IMG/VR virus record: IMGVR_UViG_3300046517_002304
Location: 124,001-188,000 of that record
Direction: 5' to 3' (one strand)
Length of the DNA: 64,000 nucleotides
Numbering within the stretch: the stretch's first letter is position 1; the number at the start of each line of letters is the position of its first letter. Of this stretch, positions 21,007-29,770 are shown in pieces. The position numbers and the translations under genes are program-made. Under the pieces are notes generated by a model. It saw nothing but the letters and a program-made list of their open reading frames with translations. It was not told where the DNA came from and did no database searches.

Positions 21007-22057
21007 AATTTTCTCCAGAACTTGTATTTTGGTGTATCTTACTCACTTGGACAAATGTTGCACACTTGCCCATATCTTTAATTGACGTAGAGCCTATATA
21101 AGCGCAAGATGAACGAAGTCCACCTAAAACTTCTTGTATAATTTTATTAACAGAACCTTTATACTTTATATTCATTACTGCGCCCTCTGATGCCCGGTAG
21201 TCTTTAATTGAACCATATTTAGATTGCGCATAATGCGTTGACATGCCATACCATGTCATTTCTTTTTTAGAACCATCAGGATTAAGTATCCAGTCAGCGG
21301 ATGAACATTCGTCTGTTCCGGAAAGCATAGTTCCGACCATTACGAAGTCGCCGTTCCCGCCAAACACCTTGCATATATCGCCGGGATACTTGCATCCTCC
21401 GTCACTGCATACTAGTCCTAGTCTTTTTTCACCAGACTTAAGGCCATGAGCAACTTGCGAACATTCTTGTACTGCACTGAATGTTCCATATCCTACGCCG
21501 GTAACTAACCGAGTGCGACATGCCGCCCCAGGGCCTATTTGTATTTTTACTATATCAACACCACCATGAATAATTAACTCTTGGACCATTTCGGGAGTTG
21601 TGATATTTCCTGCGCATATAATAGATTCTGGAAAATGATTTCTCACATCTCTACAGAACCCAACAAAACTTTCCATATATCCATTGGGGACATCAATTAC
21701 AATATTTGGTTGGACCCCAGTTAACTTACGATATGTGATTAACTTGTCAAGTCCTTCTTGTTCTTTGCCTATAGACATCCATAGGTAATCGGTCCCGATT
21801 TCGTTGATATAATCTGCTAGAACTTCAGGATTATAATACTTGTGTAGAACTGTAATAATTTTGTTTTTAGAAAGCTCCCTTGCCATGTCAATAGTCGCAA
21901 TGGGAACCATATTAGATGACATAATTGGAATACAGGTTAGCTCTCTTGGCGAGTGGTAAAACCTAAGCTTGCGCTCCAACGATACATCACTTCTACTATT
22001 TAATGTTGACCTTTTTGGTACCATGAGAACGTCATCAAAGTCAAGCTTAAATTCCAT
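20996..22057 (-). CDS. guaC: GMP reductase
   Basis: KLDFDDVLMVPKRSTLNSRSDV, IDVPNGY, IGPGAACRTR, SDGG, YGMS, YRASEG, GGLRSSCAYIG. Confidence 0.92.
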   Translation of the reverse strand: MEFKLDFDDVLMVPKRSTLNSRSDVSLERKLRFYHSPRELTCIPIMSSNMVPIATIDMARELSKNKIITVLHKYYNPEVLADYINEIGTDYLWMSIGKEQEGLDKLITYRKLTGVQPNIVIDVPNGYMESFVGFCRDVRNHFPESIICAGNITTPEMVQELIIHGGVDIVKIQIGPGAACRTRLVTGVGYGTFSAVQECSQVAHGLKSGEKRLGLVCSDGGCKYPGDICKVFGGNGDFVMVGTMLSGTDECSSADWILNPDGSKKEMTWYGMSTHYAQSKYGSIKDYRASEGAVMNIKYKGSVNKIIQEVLGGLRSSCAYIGSTSIKDMGKCATFVQVSKIHQNTSSGENYDY

Positions 22058-22059
22058 TG

Positions 22060-22413
22060 TTATTCCTTATTCGATTCTGAATTGTATAACTTTTCTATTT
22101 CAGAGATTTGGCTGGTTGTCATCCACATAGCCTTGATCCATCTCTTTAGCCGCACATCTTCTATCGGATTTTCTTGCCATTCGGCTAAACGCTTTTTACA
22201 TATCTTTATTAACTTAGAGAATCCGTTTGGAACTCTCTCATAGAAAGATGGGCGTTCCCGATTGATAGGTCCGCTTGTTTTAAGGGTACAGCAATGCTGC
22301 CAAGCAGGATACCAATCCTCATCCTCCATTCTATTCGCGGTTATTTTTTCTCCATTATGGTAGTGAGTATGTTTCGGCGAGACAAAGTCTGAGTATTTTT
22401 TTGCCCATTTCAT
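22060..22413 (-). CDS. hypothetical protein
   Basis: 117 aa in minus-strand run. Confidence 0.55.
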   Translation of the reverse strand: MKWAKKYSDFVSPKHTHYHNGEKITANRMEDEDWYPAWQHCCTLKTSGPINRERPSFYERVPNGFSKLIKICKKRLAEWQENPIEDVRLKRWIKAMWMTTSQISEIEKLYNSESNKE

Positions 22414-22536
22414 TTTGTCACCCAGAACATCAGCATCGTGGAGCCGGAGAATTAATTACGTCAATCATAGCTATGATGAAGTATATTAACATGGCGATTT
22501 CTAAGATTAGTGTATTGCTGTCGCTCATATTATACC

Positions 22537-22761
22537 TCAAGCCTTAGGCTTGCTCTTACTATCATTTAAAATTTTGTTTAAATGATAAATGATAGTAGAT
22601 GCAGTGTCTACGAGCACGAAGGGCAAAATAGCGTGAACCATTAAAATGACTGCTGTTATAACCAGCACAACTACTATCTTAAAGGCAAAGATAAGGTGCT
22701 GGAAGTATGTCATTTTTACTTCGTTAAGATGGTTCATTTGCATTATTTGGTCTTTCTTCAT
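22537..22761 (-). CDS. DUF6356-like small membrane protein
   Basis: HLNEVKMTYFQHL..FA..hydrophobic..VHAILPF. Confidence 0.6.
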   Translation of the reverse strand: MKKDQIMQMNHLNEVKMTYFQHLIFAFKIVVVLVITAVILMVHAILPFVLVDTASTIIYHLNKILNDSKSKPKA

Positions 22762-23021
22762 TCACAGGATGCGTTTTGTACAATCTTTCACATTGTCTGC
22801 ATTCTCCGTTTGTTCTGGAGAAGTTGCAGAATATGTGATGCGGGGTACCGCCAATTCCGTAAAGCGTTTTTTCTTTTACAGATATTTCAGCTTTCATTTT
22901 TTGTTCCCTAAGCTTTTCCAGTATTTCATTGCAGACGACGAATACAACGGCGATCCCAAGACCATAATTGTAATGATGATCCCCAGCCCCAATAAAAGTT
23001 TAAGCATAATTTTGCTTTCTT

Positions 23022-23264
23022 TTAAAGATAAATTCTTAAAACAGTGCCGATAATCATGGGCAGAGAAACGATAATCGCTATAGACGCTACGATTGCTGCT
23101 GCGTATTTGCCACTTCGGTATGGTGGATTATGGGAAACATAAGTATACGGAATTTTGGGTTTGGAATAACCCGATTTTCGTATACTTTTACTTCTGATCC
23201 AGCCATTTCCGCGTGAAACAGACGCAATAAGATTAGAATCAATGAACTTCATAGACTTTTTCAT
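23022..23264 (-). CDS. small protein, LIxSL-module family, C-terminal TM
   Basis: MKFIDSNLIASVSRGNGWIRSK; hydrophobic C-terminus. Confidence 0.6.
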   Translation of the reverse strand: MKKSMKFIDSNLIASVSRGNGWIRSKSIRKSGYSKPKIPYTYVSHNPPYRSGKYAAAIVASIAIIVSLPMIIGTVLRIYL

Positions 23265-23670
23265 ATTTATTTCTAAAACTTTTATCAGAATTGCTCCAGT
23301 AAACTTCAGTTATACCGAGAGCATCTAAAATCTGTTGGCAGTCATCACACGGCTTGCTATCCCCAAGTTCCAAGAAGCGGTTTAAGCGAATAATAACAAA
23401 CTTTATGCGATGGTTTATATAAGTGTGTCCCCATAGACGACTTATCGCGTCAATTTCAGCGTGAGTGAAAAGATATTTGGGTTTTGTGTTAAACCTCTTG
23501 GCAAATTTCAAAACACGAGCAGATTCGGTGCTCATGTCATTATATCCAATCGTCAAAAGTTTGTTTTTGCGATAGGTAAACGCAAAATGCCAATTCCGGT
23601 TTAGGGACGTATCGTAAATTTTAGGCAGTAAATTCTGTGCCAGCGTAAGGGATTTCTCAATAATGTACAT
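23239..23670 (-). CDS. zinc-dependent deaminase (cytidine/dCMP deaminase fold)
   Basis: HAE and SKPCDDC motifs. Confidence 0.8.
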   Translation of the reverse strand: MYIIEKSLTLAQNLLPKIYDTSLNRNWHFAFTYRKNKLLTIGYNDMSTESARVLKFAKRFNTKPKYLFTHAEIDAISRLWGHTYINHRIKFVIIRLNRFLELGDSKPCDDCQQILDALGITEVYWSNSDKSFRNKYEKVYEVH

Positions 23671-23677
23671 AAGCGAG

Positions 23678-23749
23678 ATAATAGCATAAAAATAAGGTTA
23701 CGTCAATGTGAGTTTTGGTCTTGACCAGGCGAATGTTTTGTGATAAAAA
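23678..23749. promoter_or_regulatory. divergent sigma70-like promoters
   Basis: Minus strand: TTGACG-N17-TATTAT, 7 nt before the deaminase ATG. Plus strand: TTGACC-N17-TAAAAA with TGn, before prs. Confidence 0.6.
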
Positions 23750-23758
23750 GGTCGTAGT

Positions 23759-24739
23759 ATGAATGAAATCAAATTATTCGGAATGCCTGGGACGATCCCT
23801 TTTGCGGAAAAAGTCGCCGCACAACTGGATTTATCGCTAGGCAGATACACCTACAAGCTTTTTGACGACAAAGAGCCGTACATTCGGTCTGACGAGAATG
23901 TACGGAATATGGATGTTTATATCATTAGCTCTCTTTGTTTTACTAAAGATTTTACTCCGTCAGAAAAATTCATGCAGTTATTGATGTTTATCGGTTCATT
24001 GAGGGATGCCTCCGCCGGCAAGATAAACGTGGTCGTGCCGTTTATGGCCTTTTCAAGGATGGATAGGAAAACACAGCCGAGAGAACCAATCGCCACAAAG
24101 TATGTCGCCCAACTCTTAGAATCTGTAGGCACAAATCGTATTATCTGCTGTGATATTCACAACTTAAGTTCTTTCCAGTGCAGTTTTCGTATTAATACAG
24201 ACAATCTAGAAGCCAAAAATTTATTTGCTAAACACGTAGCTGCAACAATAAAAAACCACAAAAACATTGCTGTTCTTAGCCCTGATTCAGGCGGAATGTC
24301 AAGAGCGTCTAGATTCCGTAATGCACTGAACAATATTTTAAAGGAAAATGTTGGACTTGCTTATTTAGATAAAAGTAGAAGTCAGGCGGGTGACGTAAGC
24401 GGAAATCATATCGTTGGTGATGTTAAAGACAAGCAAGTAGTGATTATTGACGACATGATTTCAAGCGGCAAAACAATTAAGCAGTGTGTTGATACAGTCA
24501 AATCACACGGCGGTACAGTTTGGGCAATTTGCGCCACTCATGGTTTATTTGTTGGAAAAGTTAATGATTATCTTGCTGGCGTAAATAAGATAATCATTAC
24601 TGATACGATAAATCATTTTGATGATTTAGATAAAAGTATACTTGAGAAAATTGAAATTGTGTCAACTACGGAAATGTTCGCCAAAGCTATTCGCAGAACG
24701 AATCAGGGCGGTTCTATTAGTTCTTTATTAAAAGACTAA
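23759..24739 (+). CDS. prs: ribose-phosphate pyrophosphokinase (PRPP synthetase)
   Basis: F.DKE, ENVRNMDV, SRMDRK, DIH, SPDSGG, IIDDMISSGKT, ATHGLF, TDTI. Confidence 0.92.
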   Translation: MNEIKLFGMPGTIPFAEKVAAQLDLSLGRYTYKLFDDKEPYIRSDENVRNMDVYIISSLCFTKDFTPSEKFMQLLMFIGSLRDASAGKINVVVPFMAFSRMDRKTQPREPIATKYVAQLLESVGTNRIICCDIHNLSSFQCSFRINTDNLEAKNLFAKHVAATIKNHKNIAVLSPDSGGMSRASRFRNALNNILKENVGLAYLDKSRSQAGDVSGNHIVGDVKDKQVVIIDDMISSGKTIKQCVDTVKSHGGTVWAICATHGLFVGKVNDYLAGVNKIIITDTINHFDDLDKSILEKIEIVSTTEMFAKAIRRTNQGGSISSLLKD

Positions 24740-24764
24740 ACCTTAAAATATAAGAAAGAAAAAA

Positions 24765-25136
24765 ATGAAGCTCATCAACGCAAATCTAATCGCATCCCTC
24801 AGTTATGGTGGGAAGGGCTATATTAAAACTAAAAATTACTATAGCGATTTTTCTGTTCAGGTTATGGTCCAGCCAAATGGTGGTGGGGAAAAGCATCTTA
24901 TTACAGGATATAATATAAAAATGGATGCGCAATCACAGGCCAACTACGATAACAAAAGCTCCAAGCCAATTATACTGAATTATGACTTTGTTATGCCTAT
25001 CGCTGGTATTATTGTAGGATGCAACACTTTTTATCGTGGCGAACTTATTAATAAGGGTAGCGTAAACGATAAAATCAATCACGCTATAGGCGATAAGTGC
25101 TCTATTAGAGCAGAGCTAAAGATACTTGAGTGGTAA
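24765..25136 (+). CDS. LIxSL-module family protein
   Basis: MKLINANLIASLSYGGKGYIKTK. Confidence 0.6.
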   Translation: MKLINANLIASLSYGGKGYIKTKNYYSDFSVQVMVQPNGGGEKHLITGYNIKMDAQSQANYDNKSSKPIILNYDFVMPIAGIIVGCNTFYRGELINKGSVNDKINHAIGDKCSIRAELKILEW

Positions 25137-25139
25137 TAG

Positions 25140-25715
25140 TTATCTTTCTTCCAGTATCTTCCATACTTCATAAACATCTGGGCCAAATAGCTTAGATGGA
25201 ACGGGCAAGACTACACGTTTTTCGGTGAATACATCTGAAATCACGGACTCAATAGGCTCAATTGTTTGATAGCTCGTCAATCCGCCGTTTTCTTGAACAA
25301 TGCTTTCGTTGATCTTGCCATAATAATAAAAGCCAGCAACTAATGCTGCCTTCACTCTGATTTCTTTAAATATTCTTTCATATAATTCATAATTTTCTTT
25401 TACCGTAGCCGTTATTTCTGATGAAAATAGGCTTACGAATGAAAGCGGTTTAAACCCTCCTAAAACTTGCTTTAAATCACAATTTCTATAATCTATTTTT
25501 TTGACGTTGACGCCCTCAAAATTTTTGTCTAGTCCTAGATATGCTCTAGGGCGGGTATACCTCTTGAATTCTCCCAGCCCACACCCCAAATCAACCGTAT
25601 ACTCAAAACAAGAATTGAATTTAATAATATCAAAAATCCAGTCATGCGCCTTTCTAACTGTAGGCTCATGTAAGTATTCGTCGTACATTTTATAAAATTC
25701 GGTGTTGTATGGCAT
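25140..25715 (-). CDS. SAM-dependent methyltransferase-like protein
   Basis: VDLGCGLG..YLGLD; start revised to ATG 25715 with GGAG. Confidence 0.65.
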   Translation of the reverse strand: MPYNTEFYKMYDEYLHEPTVRKAHDWIFDIIKFNSCFEYTVDLGCGLGEFKRYTRPRAYLGLDKNFEGVNVKKIDYRNCDLKQVLGGFKPLSFVSLFSSEITATVKENYELYERIFKEIRVKAALVAGFYYYGKINESIVQENGGLTSYQTIEPIESVISDVFTEKRVVLPVPSKLFGPDVYEVWKILEER

Positions 25716-25771
25716 AATTATTCTCCATATATTAATCGGCAAATTAGAGTAGTCATATGAGTAAATAAAGC

Positions 25772-26254
25772 ATGTCTATTAGATGGTTAATCTCAAGGGA
25801 TATTGAAAACGCGATAGATGTTGCCCGCACCGACATGGGACTGGTAACATGGAGCGAGAAAGACATTAAAGATGCTCTTAGACAACGTAATTATATCGGA
25901 TATGTGGCAGAAAATCCGTCGTTTCATATAAATGGAGTTATGATATACGAATTAAATCAAAGTTATCTAGATGTAAAAATGCTATACTCAAATGATCCAA
26001 TATCCACTAATGAGCTGGTGGATAAATTAATATCTACATTACGTCCGAATGGCAGAAATAAGATCTTTGTAAGAATTCAAGAAAACCAGGCCAACGAATC
26101 GCAGATATTGTCTGTATTAGCCAGGAAAGGATTTGGGACTAGACAAGAGGGGCGCGAAATAATAGCGGAGTATCCGCCGATGGACCAAAAAAGAAAAGTA
26201 TCGTCCTTTAAAACATTTCTGGGCAATAATCCATCAGAAAAAATAGGCCACTAA
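25772..26254 (+). CDS. degenerate RimI-like GNAT protein
   Basis: IRWLISRD..WSEKD...LRQRNYIGYVAE..GVMIYEL; acetyl-CoA loop absent. Confidence 0.65.
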   Translation: MSIRWLISRDIENAIDVARTDMGLVTWSEKDIKDALRQRNYIGYVAENPSFHINGVMIYELNQSYLDVKMLYSNDPISTNELVDKLISTLRPNGRNKIFVRIQENQANESQILSVLARKGFGTRQEGREIIAEYPPMDQKRKVSSFKTFLGNNPSEKIGH

Positions 26255-26637
26255 GGCGTATGTTCTTGAGCATCTGAAAATCTGCGGAATTCATTTGCTA
26301 ATGTTATATCGGTAGATGTTAATGTTCCATTCTCAAAACAAACTTTGCATACTTTAAGCAATTCTTCAGTATGATCGTTTTTTACTTCCATAGTATAATT
26401 GTTATCAGTTACCCATTCATTACCAAGGCACATTCCACATTTACAAATGGGTAGCCCCGACCTTTTGGTCAACTCAAAGTAAAATTCTTGCTTTTTACTT
26501 TCATCTTTAGGAGCATTAAAGTAAAAAATCGCAGATGACTTAGCGTTCGTTTCATAAGAGTTTAAAAAGTCTGACATGGCTTTAAATGTCGGGCACTGAG
26601 GATCGCTACAACAAACATGCATTGTATGACATTTCAT
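26251..26637 (-). CDS. Cys-rich hypothetical protein
   Basis: 128 aa, several Cys pairs. Confidence 0.55.
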   Translation of the reverse strand: MKCHTMHVCCSDPQCPTFKAMSDFLNSYETNAKSSAIFYFNAPKDESKKQEFYFELTKRSGLPICKCGMCLGNEWVTDNNYTMEVKNDHTEELLKVCKVCFENGTLTSTDITLANEFRRFSDAQEHTP

Positions 26638-26640
26638 AAT

Positions 26641-26826
26641 TTATTCTTTCTTAATTTCTAAACCATCTAAATTCACCATTAACTTTGCGGGTATTGGTAA
26701 GCCGACAATACCACAATGATTATTTTCGTTTGTTATATTCCAAAATTTGCAAATAGTGCATTGTTCAAAGTACTTGCCTTTATCATAGCAAGCCGCAATT
26801 ACAAAACTATGCTTACATTCGCTCAT
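26641..26826 (-). CDS. small hypothetical protein
   Basis: 61 aa, CKH..CTIC. Confidence 0.5.
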   Translation of the reverse strand: MSECKHSFVIAACYDKGKYFEQCTICKFWNITNENNHCGIVGLPIPAKLMVNLDGLEIKKE

Positions 26827-27281
26827 TAGAACTCCTCTACTTTGCCATCACTAAGATAATTAAATACTTTTAATATGTCGTCTTCTTGCGTTTTTCTGCT
26901 ATTTGTAGTTGGTCTTAGTATGTTCTTTTCAAGACTCCATTCACCAGCATAAAAAGTAATGCTAAATGCCGTGCCTTTTTCGCTTGTTAGAAATAATGTA
27001 GATGTTTTTTCTGGTGTGTTAATAGAAACATTTCCGGCATAAGTGCTGCCATTCCGACGCAATGTTAATTTACATTTTGTTTTTTCTGAAATAACCCTTC
27101 TTGTGTTTTTAGGGCCATAGTACATAGCCACCCACAAATCATCGTCTATCTTTACCGTTGTGGATGATGTATCTTCAGGTATTGTAAATTTTATTGTTGT
27201 CTCTAGTTGCGATTCCGGTGACCAAAGGCGCGGGCCGTCATTAAAGCATAGAAATGCTAACGCCAATATTAGTGTATTCAT
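26826..27281 (-). CDS. putative exported protein
   Basis: Hydrophobic N-terminus MNTLILALAFLC. Confidence 0.55.
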   Translation of the reverse strand: MNTLILALAFLCFNDGPRLWSPESQLETTIKFTIPEDTSSTTVKIDDDLWVAMYYGPKNTRRVISEKTKCKLTLRRNGSTYAGNVSINTPEKTSTLFLTSEKGTAFSITFYAGEWSLEKNILRPTTNSRKTQEDDILKVFNYLSDGKVEEF

Positions 27282-27313
27282 AATATGTTATTCGGTAAAT
27301 GATTTGTTAAACT

Positions 27314-27937
27314 TTAGGATTTATTACTATTTTCTAGTTCGGTGTTCCAGTAAAGTTCAGACAGGAATGCATCCCATGACTTCGGCATAACTCTACGATC
27401 AATGTTAAATATACTAAATTTTGGTTTAAATGGTTGTCTAATAAGCTTCATCCCGATTTCATCAGGCGTATTGTTGGCCTTGTACCTATTGCATTTGGTG
27501 CAAGCGATTACGCAATTAAACCAATTAGTTTTTCCATTTCTTGATACCGGTATAATGTGATCTATAGACAGCTCTTTGGTCCCAGGTGTAGCCCCACAAT
27601 ATTGACATTGATTGTTATCTCTGTTGTAGATAGCTCTACGATTAAACGGCACCTGTCTATTGGGAAAGCCATCGTATCTGGTTAAGAGTATGACCTCTGG
27701 AATTCTATATGCGGTACTTCTAGTTTTAATAACACTTTCATTATCGTTAGGACGAATTTGCGACCAATCATTCCATGTATAGGTGGAAAAACCGTTAATC
27801 GCGTCAACTATTCTTGCTTTTGGCTCATTGTTCTTATAGGTGCTGAACAGCTTGGAAATAGCCGACTCTAGAGGATTAATGCCAATAGGCATCCATGACT
27901 TATTGAGAACTAAAACCGGATGAGCGGCGACATACAT
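27314..27937 (-). CDS. HNH endonuclease (McrA-like)
   Basis: VLVLNKSW, PEVI, RD...CQYCG, SIDHIIPVSRNG...W.NCV.AC..CN..K. Confidence 0.9.
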   Translation of the reverse strand: MYVAAHPVLVLNKSWMPIGINPLESAISKLFSTYKNNEPKARIVDAINGFSTYTWNDWSQIRPNDNESVIKTRSTAYRIPEVILLTRYDGFPNRQVPFNRRAIYNRDNNQCQYCGATPGTKELSIDHIIPVSRNGKTNWFNCVIACTKCNRYKANNTPDEIGMKLIRQPFKPKFSIFNIDRRVMPKSWDAFLSELYWNTELENSNKS

Positions 27938-27967
27938 AGCATATTTATAATAGCGACGAACGTATTA

Positions 27968-28213
27968 TTATATGACAGGATCTGTTTCCGGTTGTTTAAC
28001 GATAACTGCTTTTTTATAGTCCAATAAAAGAGATTTATTACTAAAATAGGGAGTTCCATATTTTGTATTTAGAGTAGAATTTTTTACATACTTTTCTGCT
28101 TTGTGCTTTGTCGTGAAGTGAGCCAACAAAGTCCTAACTTCTTCATATATGTCCATGTCGGCTTCATCATCAAATCCGACAGACACTTTTTTGACTCCAT
28201 ATAAATCGTACAT
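27968..28213 (-). CDS. hypothetical protein
   Basis: 81 aa. Confidence 0.5.
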   Translation of the reverse strand: MYDLYGVKKVSVGFDDEADMDIYEEVRTLLAHFTTKHKAEKYVKNSTLNTKYGTPYFSNKSLLLDYKKAVIVKQPETDPVI

Positions 28214-28233
28214 GTTCTAATTTCTTTCTCAAC

Positions 28234-28509
28234 CTATGTTAACTCATCGCCATAATAGCCCGCGGGAATTTCAGTCCATTTCATTCCTGACACCGGCACA
28301 TCTTTTGCCTTCTTCTTATTCTTTGCTTTCTTAGCAGTTATTTTTTTCACTGGCGCGAAATCAAAGGCAGACAACGGCTTTAATCCCACGAATGCTTTTC
28401 TTGGATCGTTTCGGTTACGAAAGCATTTGTCGCATATGTCATAGTTACACGCAACATCTTCAACGGTATTTGCGTTTGACATAGGTTGTCCACAGTAATC
28501 GCACTTCAT
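28234..28509 (-). CDS. zinc-ribbon protein
   Basis: MKCDYCG...ICDKC; N-terminus shared with 29483-29728. Confidence 0.6.
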   Translation of the reverse strand: MKCDYCGQPMSNANTVEDVACNYDICDKCFRNRNDPRKAFVGLKPLSAFDFAPVKKITAKKAKNKKKAKDVPVSGMKWTEIPAGYYGDELT

Positions 28510-28727
28510 GATCGCTCCTTTATTTCTGCTAATCTTTGTTTTCTATGAGGCTCTAGATGTCTTTCGTGCCAGCTTTTGTCTCTCTGGCTGCTAAGGTCAA
28601 TCCAATGTTGAAAATTTTCTGGCTCTACCGGCTCCTCTCCATCGGCAAATTCCACAAAATCAGGCACACATTCTCCCCCTTTAATGTTTGGGTAATACTT
28701 AAGTTTTATATAATACTTCAATTTCAT
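28506..28727 (-). CDS. hypothetical protein
   Basis: 73 aa. Confidence 0.5.
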   Translation of the reverse strand: MKLKYYIKLKYYPNIKGGECVPDFVEFADGEEPVEPENFQHWIDLSSQRDKSWHERHLEPHRKQRLAEIKERS

Positions 28728-28729
28728 TT

Positions 28730-29467
28730 TTAGCTCCTGAGTTTATTAAAAATTGATTCGCTTAATCGTTCTTTTAACTCTAGGTTCATAGACGGAATCT
28801 CGCCGCCCACAAAGCAAGAGTATAAATAACACAAATTATCCATACCGTTTTTATCGGTGGTTGCCTTCTTTAACTTTAAACTAATTTCTTCATAACTGTC
28901 GTCTAAAAACAAACAACCGCCTGGATTTGATTTTGACATTTTAACAGATGGATTTTTTAAATCCTTAATTCTTCCCACTACAATCTCTGGTTCAGGTATA
29001 ACAAAATCTTCGCTGAAAACTCTGTTATATTTTTTTAGTAGCTTAGATGCATACTGAAGATGCTGTGTTTGATCTTCCCCAACAAGTACTTTTTTAAATC
29101 CTGCTACGTCGTGCGTCATCAAAACTGGATACGTTAATAAATGGGCGCTTGGATTAGACGACGACTTGTATTGTGTCATTCTTTCTAAATCGCCCATTGC
29201 GGATATTGAAAGAAGTTTGAAGTAAAATTCGGCATTAAAAACATCCTTTTGAATTATGATTTTAGAAACGCCAAATTTGTTCAGTAGCTCAATGCTATTC
29301 TTGATTTCCTGCCCAGGCGCATGATAGTTAGCAACTAAAACGCTAGCTCCAGCTTTTCCTGGCAGTATTACCGAGAAATAGTGACCAAGATGCAATTTGC
29401 CTGTTGGCCTGAACCCGCACAATTTATCACCAAAGACACACCATGTTTCTTCTCCTGAAAACCCCAT
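28730..29467 (-). CDS. trpS: compact tryptophanyl-tRNA synthetase (true start may be ATG 29444 via +1 frameshift)
   Basis: GFRPTGKLHLGH (HIGH), LERMTQYK, LLTYPVLMTHD, VGEDQTQH, KMSKS. Confidence 0.88.
   Translation of the reverse strand: MGFSGEETWCVFGDKLCGFRPTGKLHLGHYFSVILPGKAGASVLVANYHAPGQEIKNSIELLNKFGVSKIIIQKDVFNAEFYFKLLSISAMGDLERMTQYKSSSNPSAHLLTYPVLMTHDVAGFKKVLVGEDQTQHLQYASKLLKKYNRVFSEDFVIPEPEIVVGRIKDLKNPSVKMSKSNPGGCLFLDDSYEEISLKLKKATTDKNGMDNLCYLYSCFVGGEIPSMNLELKERLSESIFNKLRS
29427..29456 (-). promoter_or_regulatory. SD + 5-codon ORF (MVCLW*) with candidate +1 frameshift site CUU-UGG
   Basis: AGGAG-N7-ATG GTG TGT CTT TGG TGA; +1 slip at CTT.T joins the trpS frame (GGT GAT AAA TTG). Confidence 0.55.
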
Positions 29468-29493
29468 TTTACACTAAAAACTTTACTTGTCAA
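29466..29493 (-). promoter_or_regulatory. sigma70-like promoter for trpS
   Basis: TTGACA (29493-29488)-N16-TAAAAT (29471-29466). Confidence 0.55.
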
Positions 29494-29728
29494 GGCCCTT
29501 AGATGCAGAATAGCGACAGCGCAAGTAGTAAATCAATCCCGTTGGACCAAGTAATGGCTGCACACTTACAAGCTTATTGGCTATGGATGCCGTATTTAAA
29601 TTTTTAAATAGGGGAATAGACATATGAGAAAACATGTTAATATTTTTCCCGCTACACTTTGCGCATACCTGATGTTCATTTAATGGAACCAGTTTATCGG
29701 ATTTATTTCCACAGTAATCGCATATCAT
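29483..29728 (-). CDS. zinc ribbon fused to a major-capsid-protein segment
   Basis: MICDYCG..CAKC followed by 42 aa with 27 identities to MCP residues 71-112. Confidence 0.8.
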   Translation of the reverse strand: MICDYCGNKSDKLVPLNEHQVCAKCSGKNINMFSHMSIPLFKNLNTASIANKLVSVQPLLGPTGLIYYLRCRYSASKGLDK

Positions 29729-29770
29729 AATATACTTATCGTATTATGCTTTAAGACACATAAATAGTAT

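Noticed and set aside
22646-23053. 135-aa plus-strand ORF
   Set aside because: Antisense to a run of short minus-strand genes; no recognisable features
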